Positions 33,424 through 42,503 of a DNA stretch of 64,000 bases are shown piece after piece. Position 1 is the stretch's first letter. Every line of letters begins with the position of its first letter. Made by a program: the position numbers and the translations under genes. A model generated the notes under the pieces. That model did no database searches and was not told the origin of the DNA. It saw only the letters and a program-made list of their open reading frames with translations. The stretch spans positions 106,986 to 170,985 of the forward strand of contig CAINOB010000020.1 of NCBI GenBank assembly GCA_903851365.1. The letters are read 5' to 3'. The stretch is from an uncultured Bacteroidota bacterium (GTDB lineage: Bacteria > Bacteroidota > Bacteroidia > Bacteroidales > UBA12481).

Positions 33424-36291
33424 TCAGAATTTTAGAAGAAAATCATAAAGATTTTCTTCTGTACTGATATTTAATCTCTTACGTAAACGATATCGACGAA
33501 CCTCGACACCACGAAGGGAAATATTAAGAAGGTGGGCAATCTCTTTGGAAGAGATATTCAGTCGCAGATAAGCACAGAGCTTGAGATCGCTCTGGGTTAA
33601 ATGGGGATAATTCAGTTTTAACCTGTTAATAAAATCCTGATGTGCCTGATCAAAATGAGTTTCAAATGTTTGCCAGTCATCCTCAGAAGAAAGTTGCTTA
33701 TCGAATAGCCTGATAATTTTTTCTTGAAATGAGCGTGAAAAACCGGAACCCTTATCACCTGACTGACGCATAAATTCGTCACGGATTTTTATGAGCTGTT
33801 CATTTCTCTTGATCACACTCATAGTAAAATCAGCAAGTTGCACGTTTTTGAAATTCACCTCAGCTTCAAGCTTCTCGTTCCTAAGTTTAATAACCTCCTG
33901 CTCTGCTTTAAGCATCTCCTGACGGCGTTTTTCAATCTCCTCTTCTTCAATTCGTTGCTGATGAAGCCTGAGTCGCTTTAGAAAGGTGATCCGAAGAAAC
34001 ACGATAAGCGCAATTAGTATTAAACCATAAATTATCCAGGCAAGAATTGAACTATACCACGGGGATTTAATAATAAAGGAGTAAGTAGCGGTTGGGCCAG
34101 GTAATCCATTGATATTCATAGATACGATCTGGAGCTGATAACCCCCTGCCGGAAGTCTGGTAAAAGCAATAGAGGACTGATTCTTCCAAGGTCCCCATGC
34201 TGCATCAAGTCCTTCGAGTTTTGTGCGATAGAGCGGATGGCGGTAACCAGCTCCCGCCGAGAAATCTATTGTCAGGCTCTTGAAACTATTGGATATTCTG
34301 ATTCCATGGCGAACCGAATCGAGTGGAAGGCTAAGCAAATCACCGCGGCGGTTGACCGCAGTAGCCCTCCTTATACGCACCGGGGCAGGTGGTTCCAGCG
34401 TTCTCAGACCTGTTTCATCGAAAATGGCAAAACCATTATCGAGGCAAATAAGATGCAGCCCTTCTTTTAGGCTGATGATTTTGGGGAACCTGCTATTCAG
34501 GTATAGACCCTGCATGGAAAAGTCGTAGCGAAAAACCTGTTCAACACTGAACCCGGTAATTCTGAACAATGCAATATCATGGCCATTAATAAACCAGTAA
34601 TGATTCTCTCGTGATTTAATAATCTGTCTTGCCCTGGCAAAATCGCCAATCTTATCATTTAGTTGGGTATATGGAATTATGGAATCATTTAAATCATCCC
34701 AGGTATATAAACCAGTTCCGCCGGGAAAAACGATCCTGTTTTCAATCTTAACCACATCAATATGCCTGTCAGCTGCCAATCCTTTTTCGATTCCATACAT
34801 CTCTGATGATTCAATCGCTGACAGGTCTTCCTTAAACCGGATGCGGAATATTCCCCTGGTGGCATGTGCACACCAGATATTGCCGAGGTGATCGCTTTCG
34901 AAACTGCTGATAGGTTCTAAGAACCCGCCAACGGTGTGGTCCAGCATCCAATTGCTGTTCACTGAGGTATAAATGGCAAATGCGCTGTATGTGCTCTGAA
35001 GTAGAAAATCCCGTCTTCGATCAGTTATCTTCCGGATCTCATAGCCACCTGTAATTTCTGAAATACGGGTCGCCTGAGTGCCGGTGATCCTGTAGGTTCC
35101 ATTAGTATGGCCGCAAAGAATCTCACCATCAATGTTTTTTAAATCCCAAACCTGACCATTTAATCCTACAACAGGTTCAGGCCTGACATAACCTTCCCCA
35201 GGAACAAAATGATATCGATATACCCCTTGATTGGTCCCGACCAGAAGATCCATCCCATCCAATACTGCAGCGTAAACTGAACCCATGGTACCAGATGGAT
35301 CAACATAAACATCCATGCCTGAATGCAGGTTTATCAGATCGATTCCCCGATCCAATCCGGCCCATATGTTTCCAGCGGGATCAAAAGCCATGGCCAGTAC
35401 TGTATTGTTTTGAAGAAAGTTCCCTGAATTCAGGTGTTCCTGAAGATTTCCATGTTCATCGAGGATAAACAACCCATTCCCTATGGTTCCGATAACGAGA
35501 TGATTATTGCCCGACATTCCATTATTCAGTTCCGATGAACTTATCATCCTGTTCACCGGATTATCCCATGGGGTAAATACCGAGCCATCGAAAAGAAACA
35601 TTCCTTTTCCAGAAACACCAATTAAGAATCGATTCCCTTCATAAGGAAGAATAACCTTGATTTCATCGCGTGCAAAGATTTCGGATCCGGCTATCATCTT
35701 AAAGGAATCGTCAATGATTTCGAATAATCCGCGCCCTACTTCATGAATAAAGAGGCGTCCACTTGCCTTGATAAGCAATACAAGCGATGTATTGGGATTC
35801 AACATTGAGAGCTGCCTTCCGTCATAAACGAAAATATTGGCGAAAGACTGAAAATATATTTTCCCGTTATGGGCAATTATCCTCCAGATCTCATCATTAT
35901 GAAGTGCATTTGGCGGAAGCAGCTTCTTGCTCAGCGAAGTATAGCTAAGAACGCCGCAATCGTCGCGGCTCCAGTAGCCGAACTCCTGATAGGAGCCAAC
36001 ATAAATATTGTCATCATCACCGATGGATACCGACCGAACAATACCATTATCCGGCATCGTATATAAACTCCAGTTGGCACCATCGAATTCCAGAAGGCCT
36101 TTATCATTGCCAATATAGGTTAATCCATTCTTGTCGGTCGCAATAGACCAGTTCTGATTATCACCCCCGTAAGTTCTTTTATCATAATTAATTACGAATG
36201 GTTTGCCAACAAATTGAGGATATAGGGATGACCATGGTAGAATGGATAATAATACCAGAAATCCTATCAACCTTGACTTCATATTTTGCAT
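33424..36291 (-). CDS. Membrane-bound one-component regulator: periplasmic two-component-regulator beta-propellers + Y_Y_Y domain, single TM, coiled coil, C-terminal LuxR-type HTH
   Basis: N-terminal signal/TM. Repeated propeller blades. TM helix SILAWIIYGLILIALIVFLRITFL. LuxR/GerE HTH LTQSDLKLCAYLRLNISSKEIAHLLNISLRGVEVRRYRLRKRL. No HisKA/HATPase/receiver motifs. The ORF track begins at TTG 36312; ATG 36291 or 36282 is more likely. Confidence 0.8.
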   Translation of the reverse strand: MQNMKSRLIGFLVLLSILPWSSLYPQFVGKPFVINYDKRTYGGDNQNWSIATDKNGLTYIGNDKGLLEFDGANWSLYTMPDNGIVRSVSIGDDDNIYVGSYQEFGYWSRDDCGVLSYTSLSKKLLPPNALHNDEIWRIIAHNGKIYFQSFANIFVYDGRQLSMLNPNTSLVLLIKASGRLFIHEVGRGLFEIIDDSFKMIAGSEIFARDEIKVILPYEGNRFLIGVSGKGMFLFDGSVFTPWDNPVNRMISSSELNNGMSGNNHLVIGTIGNGLFILDEHGNLQEHLNSGNFLQNNTVLAMAFDPAGNIWAGLDRGIDLINLHSGMDVYVDPSGTMGSVYAAVLDGMDLLVGTNQGVYRYHFVPGEGYVRPEPVVGLNGQVWDLKNIDGEILCGHTNGTYRITGTQATRISEITGGYEIRKITDRRRDFLLQSTYSAFAIYTSVNSNWMLDHTVGGFLEPISSFESDHLGNIWCAHATRGIFRIRFKEDLSAIESSEMYGIEKGLAADRHIDVVKIENRIVFPGGTGLYTWDDLNDSIIPYTQLNDKIGDFARARQIIKSRENHYWFINGHDIALFRITGFSVEQVFRYDFSMQGLYLNSRFPKIISLKEGLHLICLDNGFAIFDETGLRTLEPPAPVRIRRATAVNRRGDLLSLPLDSVRHGIRISNSFKSLTIDFSAGAGYRHPLYRTKLEGLDAAWGPWKNQSSIAFTRLPAGGYQLQIVSMNINGLPGPTATYSFIIKSPWYSSILAWIIYGLILIALIVFLRITFLKRLRLHQQRIEEEEIEKRRQEMLKAEQEVIKLRNEKLEAEVNFKNVQLADFTMSVIKRNEQLIKIRDEFMRQSGDKGSGFSRSFQEKIIRLFDKQLSSEDDWQTFETHFDQAHQDFINRLKLNYPHLTQSDLKLCAYLRLNISSKEIAHLLNISLRGVEVRRYRLRKRLNISTEENLYDFLLKF

Positions 36292-36345
36292 ATTCAGAAT
36301 AGCCGTACACAAAATAACAAAATCTGCGTTTTAATCCTGTTCGAT

Positions 36346-36353
36346 TATCTTTG
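36346..36353 (+). promoter_or_regulatory. TATCTTTG (-7 box) 22 nt upstream of the TerC-family gene ATG
   Basis: Exact TAnnTTTG match. Confidence 0.4.
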
Positions 36354-36374
36354 AAACCTAAAATTCCTTCAAGA

Positions 36375-37094
36375 ATGGAAATATTTCTTCACGCGGAAGC
36401 ATGGATTGCATTATTAACTCTTACTTTTCTTGAGATAGTACTCGGGATCGACAATATAATATTCATATCCATCGCCACCGGAAAGTTGCCTAAAAGGCAG
36501 GAACCGCGGGTGAGGACAATAGGAATGATGCTGGCGTTGGTTTTCAGGATTGGCTTGCTCGTATCCATTACTCTGATCATCAAGCTTACTCATCCGTTAT
36601 TTACCATTGCAGATAATGCATTTTCGATTCGCGACATCATCCTTTTGGCCGGTGGAATTTTCCTGATATGGAAAAGCGTAATTGAGATCCATCAAAAAAC
36701 TCTTGTTCAGCACCATGAGGGGAGTGCAAAAAACAAAATAACTCCTGCGGGGGTAATACTTCAGATTGTGGTTCTGGATATGGTGTTCAGTTTTGATTCG
36801 ATTCTTACTGCCATTGGATTGAGTAAACAATTATTAATCATGATAATGGCAATTATTATCGCAATGGCTGCTATGATCTCATTTGCTGGAACGATAAGCC
36901 GGTTCATCAACAGGAATCCAACACTTCAAATTCTGGCACTCTCTTTTTTGATATTAATAGGGTTTACGCTGACATTGGAAGCCTTTCATCAGGAAATACC
37001 CAAAGGATATGTTTACGTAGCAGTCCTGTTCTCTTTTTCGGTGGAATTAATTAATCTAAGGATCAGAAAAAAAACTGAACCAAAAAAATTATAA
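36375..37094 (+). CDS. TerC/Alx-family integral membrane protein
   Basis: LTFLEIVLGIDNIIFISI and VVLDMVFSFDSILTAIG repeats typical of TerC. Seven or so TM helices. ATG 36375 is preferred over TTG 36351. Confidence 0.8.
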   Translation: MEIFLHAEAWIALLTLTFLEIVLGIDNIIFISIATGKLPKRQEPRVRTIGMMLALVFRIGLLVSITLIIKLTHPLFTIADNAFSIRDIILLAGGIFLIWKSVIEIHQKTLVQHHEGSAKNKITPAGVILQIVVLDMVFSFDSILTAIGLSKQLLIMIMAIIIAMAAMISFAGTISRFINRNPTLQILALSFLILIGFTLTLEAFHQEIPKGYVYVAVLFSFSVELINLRIRKKTEPKKL

Positions 37095-37107
37095 CAAAAA
37101 TTGTAAG

Positions 37108-38130
37108 ATGAAAGCGATATTTCTGGTTCGGACCGGTGACGGCAAAGATGCATTTGAGATCAGGAACACCCCGGTTCCGGTACCTGGCAAAGGGCAGGTA
37201 CTGGTAAAAGTTGAAGCATTCGGATTGAATTATGCAGATGTCATGGCACGTCGTAGCCTTTATAAGGCTGCACCACCAATGCCTGCTGTTTTAGGTTACG
37301 ACGTTGCTGGAACAATACACGCAATTGGAGAAGATACTCACGGCTTTAAAATTGGACAACGCGTTGCAGCGCTCACCCGCTTCGGGGGTTACGCCGAATT
37401 CGCCTTAACCCAGGCGGAAGCGATTATCCCACTTCCCGATTCAATGGATATGGCCCTTGCAACTGCTTTGGCAACGCAGGCTTCAACCGCAGTGTATAGT
37501 TCAAGCTTTGCCACCAGAATTTATGTCGGCGACAGGGTGTTGGTTCACGCTGCTGCCGGTGGCGTGGGAACAATATTAGTTCAGCTGGCAAAAGCCAGAG
37601 GGTGCGCGGTTTTTGGTGCTGCCTCCTCACTGAAGCATGACTATCTCCGAGAAATAGGAGTCGATTTTACTATTGATTCACACTCGCCAGATTTCTGGAA
37701 AGAACTTTCATCCAAACTTAACGGACATAAACTTGATGTTGTTTTTGATAACATCGGAGGTCTGAGTTTCAAGAAAGGATTTAAACTTTTAGGTCCCGGC
37801 GGCCGGATGATTACCTATGGTGCCGCTGCTCAAAATATTGGAAAAAGATCCAATCAACTGAACAATCTGCGTGTAGGTTTAGGATTTGGTTTTCACTCGC
37901 CAATAGGGCTGATTGTAAAATCGCAGTCGATGATTGGTGTAAATATGCTTGCTCTGGCCGATAATAAACCGGTGGTACTTAAGGAGGTAATGGAGGAAGT
38001 CAGCCGCCTGACCAAAGCCGGAATCATTAAACCTGTTCTTGGAAAATGTTTTCCTGCTGAAAAAACCGGGGAAGCACATGACTTTCTGGAGTCTAGAAAG
38101 TCTACAGGAAAAATTGCAATATCCTGGTAG
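37108..38130 (+). CDS. Medium-chain dehydrogenase/reductase, quinone-oxidoreductase-like (zinc-independent type)
   Basis: GroES-like N-domain (VLVKVEAFGLNYADV). Nucleotide motif HAAAGGVGT. 340 aa. Confidence 0.8.
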   Translation: MKAIFLVRTGDGKDAFEIRNTPVPVPGKGQVLVKVEAFGLNYADVMARRSLYKAAPPMPAVLGYDVAGTIHAIGEDTHGFKIGQRVAALTRFGGYAEFALTQAEAIIPLPDSMDMALATALATQASTAVYSSSFATRIYVGDRVLVHAAAGGVGTILVQLAKARGCAVFGAASSLKHDYLREIGVDFTIDSHSPDFWKELSSKLNGHKLDVVFDNIGGLSFKKGFKLLGPGGRMITYGAAAQNIGKRSNQLNNLRVGLGFGFHSPIGLIVKSQSMIGVNMLALADNKPVVLKEVMEEVSRLTKAGIIKPVLGKCFPAEKTGEAHDFLESRKSTGKIAISW

Positions 38131-38135
38131 TTTTT

Positions 38136-39326
38136 CTACTCTTTCTTGATTTCTTTAGATAGGATCAAAACACCCTTATCCGACATTACTTTGATAGAAA
38201 GAGATTCACTGGTTGCTTCAATTTTCACGTAGTTGGTATTTCCATTTGTGAGAATCGGGAAGCGGTATCCTGAGAACGGCGGAGCCAACCATGAATGCCT
38301 GTGGGTATGTCCCGCTATCATCAGATCAGCACCGGCTTCACGGATGACCGGACCAAAATGCTCAGCCAGAAATTGAGGTCCATGACCCCGGTTATCACTG
38401 AGCAATAAAGGAAATTTTCCAAAAACCGTTTTCAGTATCGGGATAATAGGCATATGAACTATTATCACCCTGTAGGTAGCCTTTTTGTAAGCATCTGTCG
38501 CAAATTCTCGCTTCAACCATTCCAGTTCTTTTAACCGATAATTATCATAATCAGCTAATCCATAATAATATTTGTTATCATCCGGCTTGTCTTCTCCACA
38601 ATCGAGCATAACAAAATGAACCGGTCCCTCATCGAAGGAACCATAGTATCGATCCTCTGGCAAATCAAGATAATCCTTGAGCTTCCTGGCCATGATTCCC
38701 CGTGTTTCATGATTTCCACGATTAAATACAAAAGGGACGTTTGATGCAAAATATCTTACGCTGGTATCAATAATAGGTCCCAAAAATTGCGATTCAGTTT
38801 CGAAATTATCCACGATATCACCGTTATAAATCAACAGGTCTTCTTCTGCCGCATTACCCGACTTCAGGAACTTACCCAACTCTGCACCATTGGTATGTAT
38901 ATCATTTACCACCATAAATCGGGTACTTATTTTATTAGGATTAAGAGTAGTAAAACTGCACTCTTTTCCTTTGATGGTATCTCCGTAATAAACCTGATAA
39001 GGTCGTAACTTCATCAGCTCAACAGAGTGAATCCGGTAAGAGTATTTTAGGCCGGGTTTGAGCCCTGAGATCCTCACCTTATGCATTGTGCCGCCAACAT
39101 TAATCAATCCGTCGGTTGAGTTGCGGATCAGCGAATCATTCAATGGCCTGCTTCGCACCATCCACACCCCGGGTACGGCAGGCAGATTTGTTGTCCAGCA
39201 AACGGTAACCCCATCAGGAGTGAGATTCTGTAACCATGGTCCATGAGTAATTCGCAGGGATTCTGTGCTCTGTCCATAACAAGCAGCACTGACCAGCAGG
39301 GAAATCAGAAAAACAATAATTCTCAT
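38136..39326 (-). CDS. Secreted metallophosphoesterase (purple-acid-phosphatase-like, FN3-like N-domain)
   Basis: Signal peptide. Metallophosphoesterase motifs VVNDIH, NGDIVDN, NRGNHE, IIVHMP, GHTHRH. Confidence 0.8.
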   Translation of the reverse strand: MRIIVFLISLLVSAACYGQSTESLRITHGPWLQNLTPDGVTVCWTTNLPAVPGVWMVRSRPLNDSLIRNSTDGLINVGGTMHKVRISGLKPGLKYSYRIHSVELMKLRPYQVYYGDTIKGKECSFTTLNPNKISTRFMVVNDIHTNGAELGKFLKSGNAAEEDLLIYNGDIVDNFETESQFLGPIIDTSVRYFASNVPFVFNRGNHETRGIMARKLKDYLDLPEDRYYGSFDEGPVHFVMLDCGEDKPDDNKYYYGLADYDNYRLKELEWLKREFATDAYKKATYRVIIVHMPIIPILKTVFGKFPLLLSDNRGHGPQFLAEHFGPVIREAGADLMIAGHTHRHSWLAPPFSGYRFPILTNGNTNYVKIEATSESLSIKVMSDKGVLILSKEIKKE

Positions 39327-39375
39327 CGGGATTGAATTTATCGCTCGAAAATACAGAAATTAGTTGCGGGATATT

Positions 39376-41586
39376 ATGTCAACAGATACAAAGCCCATAA
39401 TAATGCATCGCCCAAACCATAGAATATTCGCCAGCCTGCTTTTCTTAATTCTATTCAAGGGGTTGTCTTCATTTGTCATTGGCCAGGTGCCTTCGGAGAG
39501 TGTCAAAGCCTTCAAGGTTTCAAAACCGCCTGTTATTGACGGGGTCCTTGACGAAGATATTTGGAAGCAAGCTCCTTCATTTTCTGACTTTGTAACGTTT
39601 ATTCCAGATTTCGGGAAAACATTACCCCAACATACGAAAGCATGGTTGGCCTACGATGAAGAGAACATCTATTTTGCTTTTGATTGTCAGGATCCTGAAC
39701 CGGATAAAATCAAAGCCAATGTTTCAGCTCGCGATGCGATTATTCAGGATGATTGGATCTGTTTGAATATTGATTCGAGGTTTGACCAGCAGGCGCTCTA
39801 TGCCTTCTATGTCAATCCTCTGGGAATTCAGATGGACACCCGTTTTGCAGCTGGTAAAGAGGATGCGAGCATTGATCTGGTTTGGTATAGTGCAGGAAAA
39901 CTAAATGATCACGGGTACATCGTTGAAGTAAAAATCCCTTTAAAAAGTCTGAGATTCGCCAATGGTGATCCTGTGAGTATGGGCCTGCTGCTCGAACGAT
40001 ATGTGAGCCGGACAGCAACACATGTCGGCTATCCTCATCTCGACCCAACCATGGGTTTCAACCTGTTACCACAACTGATGCGTGTTGATTATCAGGGAGT
40101 AAAGCACTATACACTCTTTGAAGCCCTCCCAGCAATCACCTATACCCATAAGGATATCCGCGAAGGGGACAAGCTCGTGAGAGATGTCAGAAAACCCGAT
40201 CTCAGCCTTACACTCAAATACGGTATCACGCCAGACCTTATTCTGGACGCAACGGTTAATCCTGATTTCAGCCAGGTTGAGTCGGATGCTGGACAAGTGG
40301 ACGTCAACCTGAGATATGAATTGTACTATCCTGAAAAAAGACCATTTTTTCTGGAAGGAAGGGAGAAATTCAACATTGGGGCAACTCAGGCATCCATTGT
40401 TGATCCGATGATGTACCTGGTTAATACGAGGACCATTGTTAATCCTATTTCCGGAGTGAAGTTTACCGGCAATATTGATAAAAAGAATTCCATTGCATTG
40501 CTTTATGGTGCCGATGAACTCCCACGCGACAGCGCTTCAGGAACCCGCCAGTTTGCTCACTTCCCTATCCTTAGGTATAAGTATAACCTTAAAGATGATG
40601 GTTATCTCGGAGCATTATACACTGGTCGCGAAGCCAGCGGAAGCAGTAACCGCGTTGCCGGGACGGATGCCCAGATCCGCATCAATAAATCCAGCATGCT
40701 GGAATACAACCTATTCGGATCCCAAACAACCGATAGCGTATCAAGGCGTACGAGCCATGCAGAAGGCTTGTATCTTCATTCTGAAACGAGAGACCTCATC
40801 TACGGAGTTTCAGTTAAGAATATAGGCACTGGCTTCGATGTATCAACCGGCTACATTACCAGAACAGGAATCAGTCAGGCCACGGCTCTTATCCATCCTA
40901 TGTTTTATACCAAATCAGGACCTTTCCGCCGATTCGATCTGGAACTGTTCAGCTCAGCCACCTATGACCAGATCTATTCAATGTGGGAAACCACTGACCA
41001 TGCCTCGATTCTGGCACTCCTTGGAGGCACCGTCCAGCTGAAATTCAAATATTCATACTCCAACGAAATATTCCTTAGCAAGCGATTCAATACCAGTGGC
41101 CTGCAGGTTATCCTACAGGGTCGCTATAAAAATTGGTTCTCTGGTACCTTCTCATACCGTCGGACAAATGCCATCTATTATTCCGCTGATCCTTATGGTG
41201 GCATGAGCAACCGTCTCACTTTCAATGCAGGATTCCAACCGTGGCCAAAATTTGAGACCACATTCAGTTTTACTTATTCCGATTTCTTCAGGAACAGTGA
41301 TCAGGAGAAAATTTACCAATACCCCATTGAACGTTTGAACCTGACCTATCAGTTTAACAAATATCTGTTCATCAGAGGGATACTTGAATATAATGGGTAC
41401 AGGAAATCTCTTTTGACGGACTTCCTGGTTTCATTCACCTATATTCCTGGCACTGTTTGTTATTTGGGATATGGGTCGCTTTATGAACAATCTGAAGATT
41501 CACAGCCATTTATTGGAAGGGATATAAAACCTTTGGAGATGCAACGGGGATTCTTTGTTAAACTTTCTTATCTGTTCCGCAAGTAA
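39376..41586 (+). CDS. CBM9/DOMON-like domain + DUF5916-type outer-membrane beta-barrel protein
   Basis: IDGVLDEDIWKQAP...AWLAYDEENIYFAFDCQD is the typical CBM9-like N-domain. It is followed by a long beta-rich C-terminal region ending F-R-K. The start is ambiguous (TTG 39364, ATG 39376, ATG 39403). Confidence 0.6.
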   Translation: MSTDTKPIIMHRPNHRIFASLLFLILFKGLSSFVIGQVPSESVKAFKVSKPPVIDGVLDEDIWKQAPSFSDFVTFIPDFGKTLPQHTKAWLAYDEENIYFAFDCQDPEPDKIKANVSARDAIIQDDWICLNIDSRFDQQALYAFYVNPLGIQMDTRFAAGKEDASIDLVWYSAGKLNDHGYIVEVKIPLKSLRFANGDPVSMGLLLERYVSRTATHVGYPHLDPTMGFNLLPQLMRVDYQGVKHYTLFEALPAITYTHKDIREGDKLVRDVRKPDLSLTLKYGITPDLILDATVNPDFSQVESDAGQVDVNLRYELYYPEKRPFFLEGREKFNIGATQASIVDPMMYLVNTRTIVNPISGVKFTGNIDKKNSIALLYGADELPRDSASGTRQFAHFPILRYKYNLKDDGYLGALYTGREASGSSNRVAGTDAQIRINKSSMLEYNLFGSQTTDSVSRRTSHAEGLYLHSETRDLIYGVSVKNIGTGFDVSTGYITRTGISQATALIHPMFYTKSGPFRRFDLELFSSATYDQIYSMWETTDHASILALLGGTVQLKFKYSYSNEIFLSKRFNTSGLQVILQGRYKNWFSGTFSYRRTNAIYYSADPYGGMSNRLTFNAGFQPWPKFETTFSFTYSDFFRNSDQEKIYQYPIERLNLTYQFNKYLFIRGILEYNGYRKSLLTDFLVSFTYIPGTVCYLGYGSLYEQSEDSQPFIGRDIKPLEMQRGFFVKLSYLFRK

Positions 41587-41616
41587 TCTGCAAATATTAT
41601 AGAAACCTTTTAAAGT

Positions 41617-41624
41617 TATATTTG
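41617..41624 (+). promoter_or_regulatory. TATATTTG (-7 box) 27 nt upstream of ATG 41651
   Basis: Exact TAnnTTTG match. Confidence 0.4.
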
Positions 41625-41650
41625 TCAGAAGTAATTGGAGAATCAACCAA

Positions 41651-42490
41651 ATGGAGAATAAGATTATTCTGATCACAGGAGCTAATTCCGGTATTGGAAA
41701 GGCAACAGCCACTGCTCTGGCTGAAATGGGAGCCCATGTGGTCATGATGTCACGTGATATGAACAGGGGTGAGGAAGCACGACAGGAGGTCATGTTTATC
41801 AGTAAAAGTAACCAAGTTGACCTATTGCAGTGCGATCTTGCTAGTTTATCTGATGTCCGACGGTTTTCGTGTGACTTCATTGCCAGATATTCACGGCTGG
41901 ATGTCTTGATCAACAATGCCGGCATTTACACCGAAAAGAGGATGGAAACTGTCGATGGATATGAATATCAGATCGGCGTGAATCACCTGGGACATTTTCT
42001 TCTTACCCGGATGCTGCTCGACCTGATGAAAAAGAGTTCTCCGTCCCGGATTATCAATGTTGCCTCAGGAGCTCATTTTGGCGGAAAAATTGATTTCGCC
42101 GATATCCAGTCAACCAGAAAATATTCAGGTTGGAAAGCTTATGCCCAGGCAAAACTTGCTAACATCCTATTTACCTATGAACTGGCGCACCGCCTCGAAG
42201 ACACAGGAGTCACCGCAAATTGCCTGCACCCGGGATTCGTCAACAGCCGGTTTGGCGTAAACCGCTCCACCGGTAAAGCAAACCTGATGATGAAACTCAT
42301 GAAACCCTTTACCATAGAACCTTCTGCCGGAGCCGAAACTTCAATTTACCTCGCGGCATCCCCGGAGGTTGAGGGTGTCACTGGAAAATATTTTGCTAAA
42401 AGAAAAGAAAAGGCATCCTCCAAGGCATCATACGATCTGGTAAGTGCGGAAAAACTGTGGAATCTTAGTGAGGCCCTTACCGCAAAATAA
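41651..42490 (+). CDS. SDR-family oxidoreductase (retinol-dehydrogenase/WW-domain-oxidoreductase-like subgroup)
   Basis: ITGANSGIGKATA, NNAGI, S...YAQAKLANILF catalytic motif. Confidence 0.8.
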   Translation: MENKIILITGANSGIGKATATALAEMGAHVVMMSRDMNRGEEARQEVMFISKSNQVDLLQCDLASLSDVRRFSCDFIARYSRLDVLINNAGIYTEKRMETVDGYEYQIGVNHLGHFLLTRMLLDLMKKSSPSRIINVASGAHFGGKIDFADIQSTRKYSGWKAYAQAKLANILFTYELAHRLEDTGVTANCLHPGFVNSRFGVNRSTGKANLMMKLMKPFTIEPSAGAETSIYLAASPEVEGVTGKYFAKRKEKASSKASYDLVSAEKLWNLSEALTAK

Positions 42491-42503
42491 AATATATTAA
42501 AGC

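Noticed and set aside
36313-36374. A possible yybP-ykoY manganese riboswitch upstream of the TerC-family gene, and likewise upstream of mntP at 54970.
   Set aside because: Only about 60 nt of spacer is available, and it is shared with a divergent gene. That is too short for the ~100-nt four-way-junction element, and I could not find its conserved loops. mntP is preceded by a coding ORF with a 1-nt gap.
41500-41925. A 141-aa minus-strand ORF bridging the DUF5916-like gene and the SDR gene.
   Set aside because: It overlaps the 3' end of one well-supported gene and the 5' end of another. It would also destroy the promoter region that carries a TAnnTTTG box. It has no recognisable motifs.
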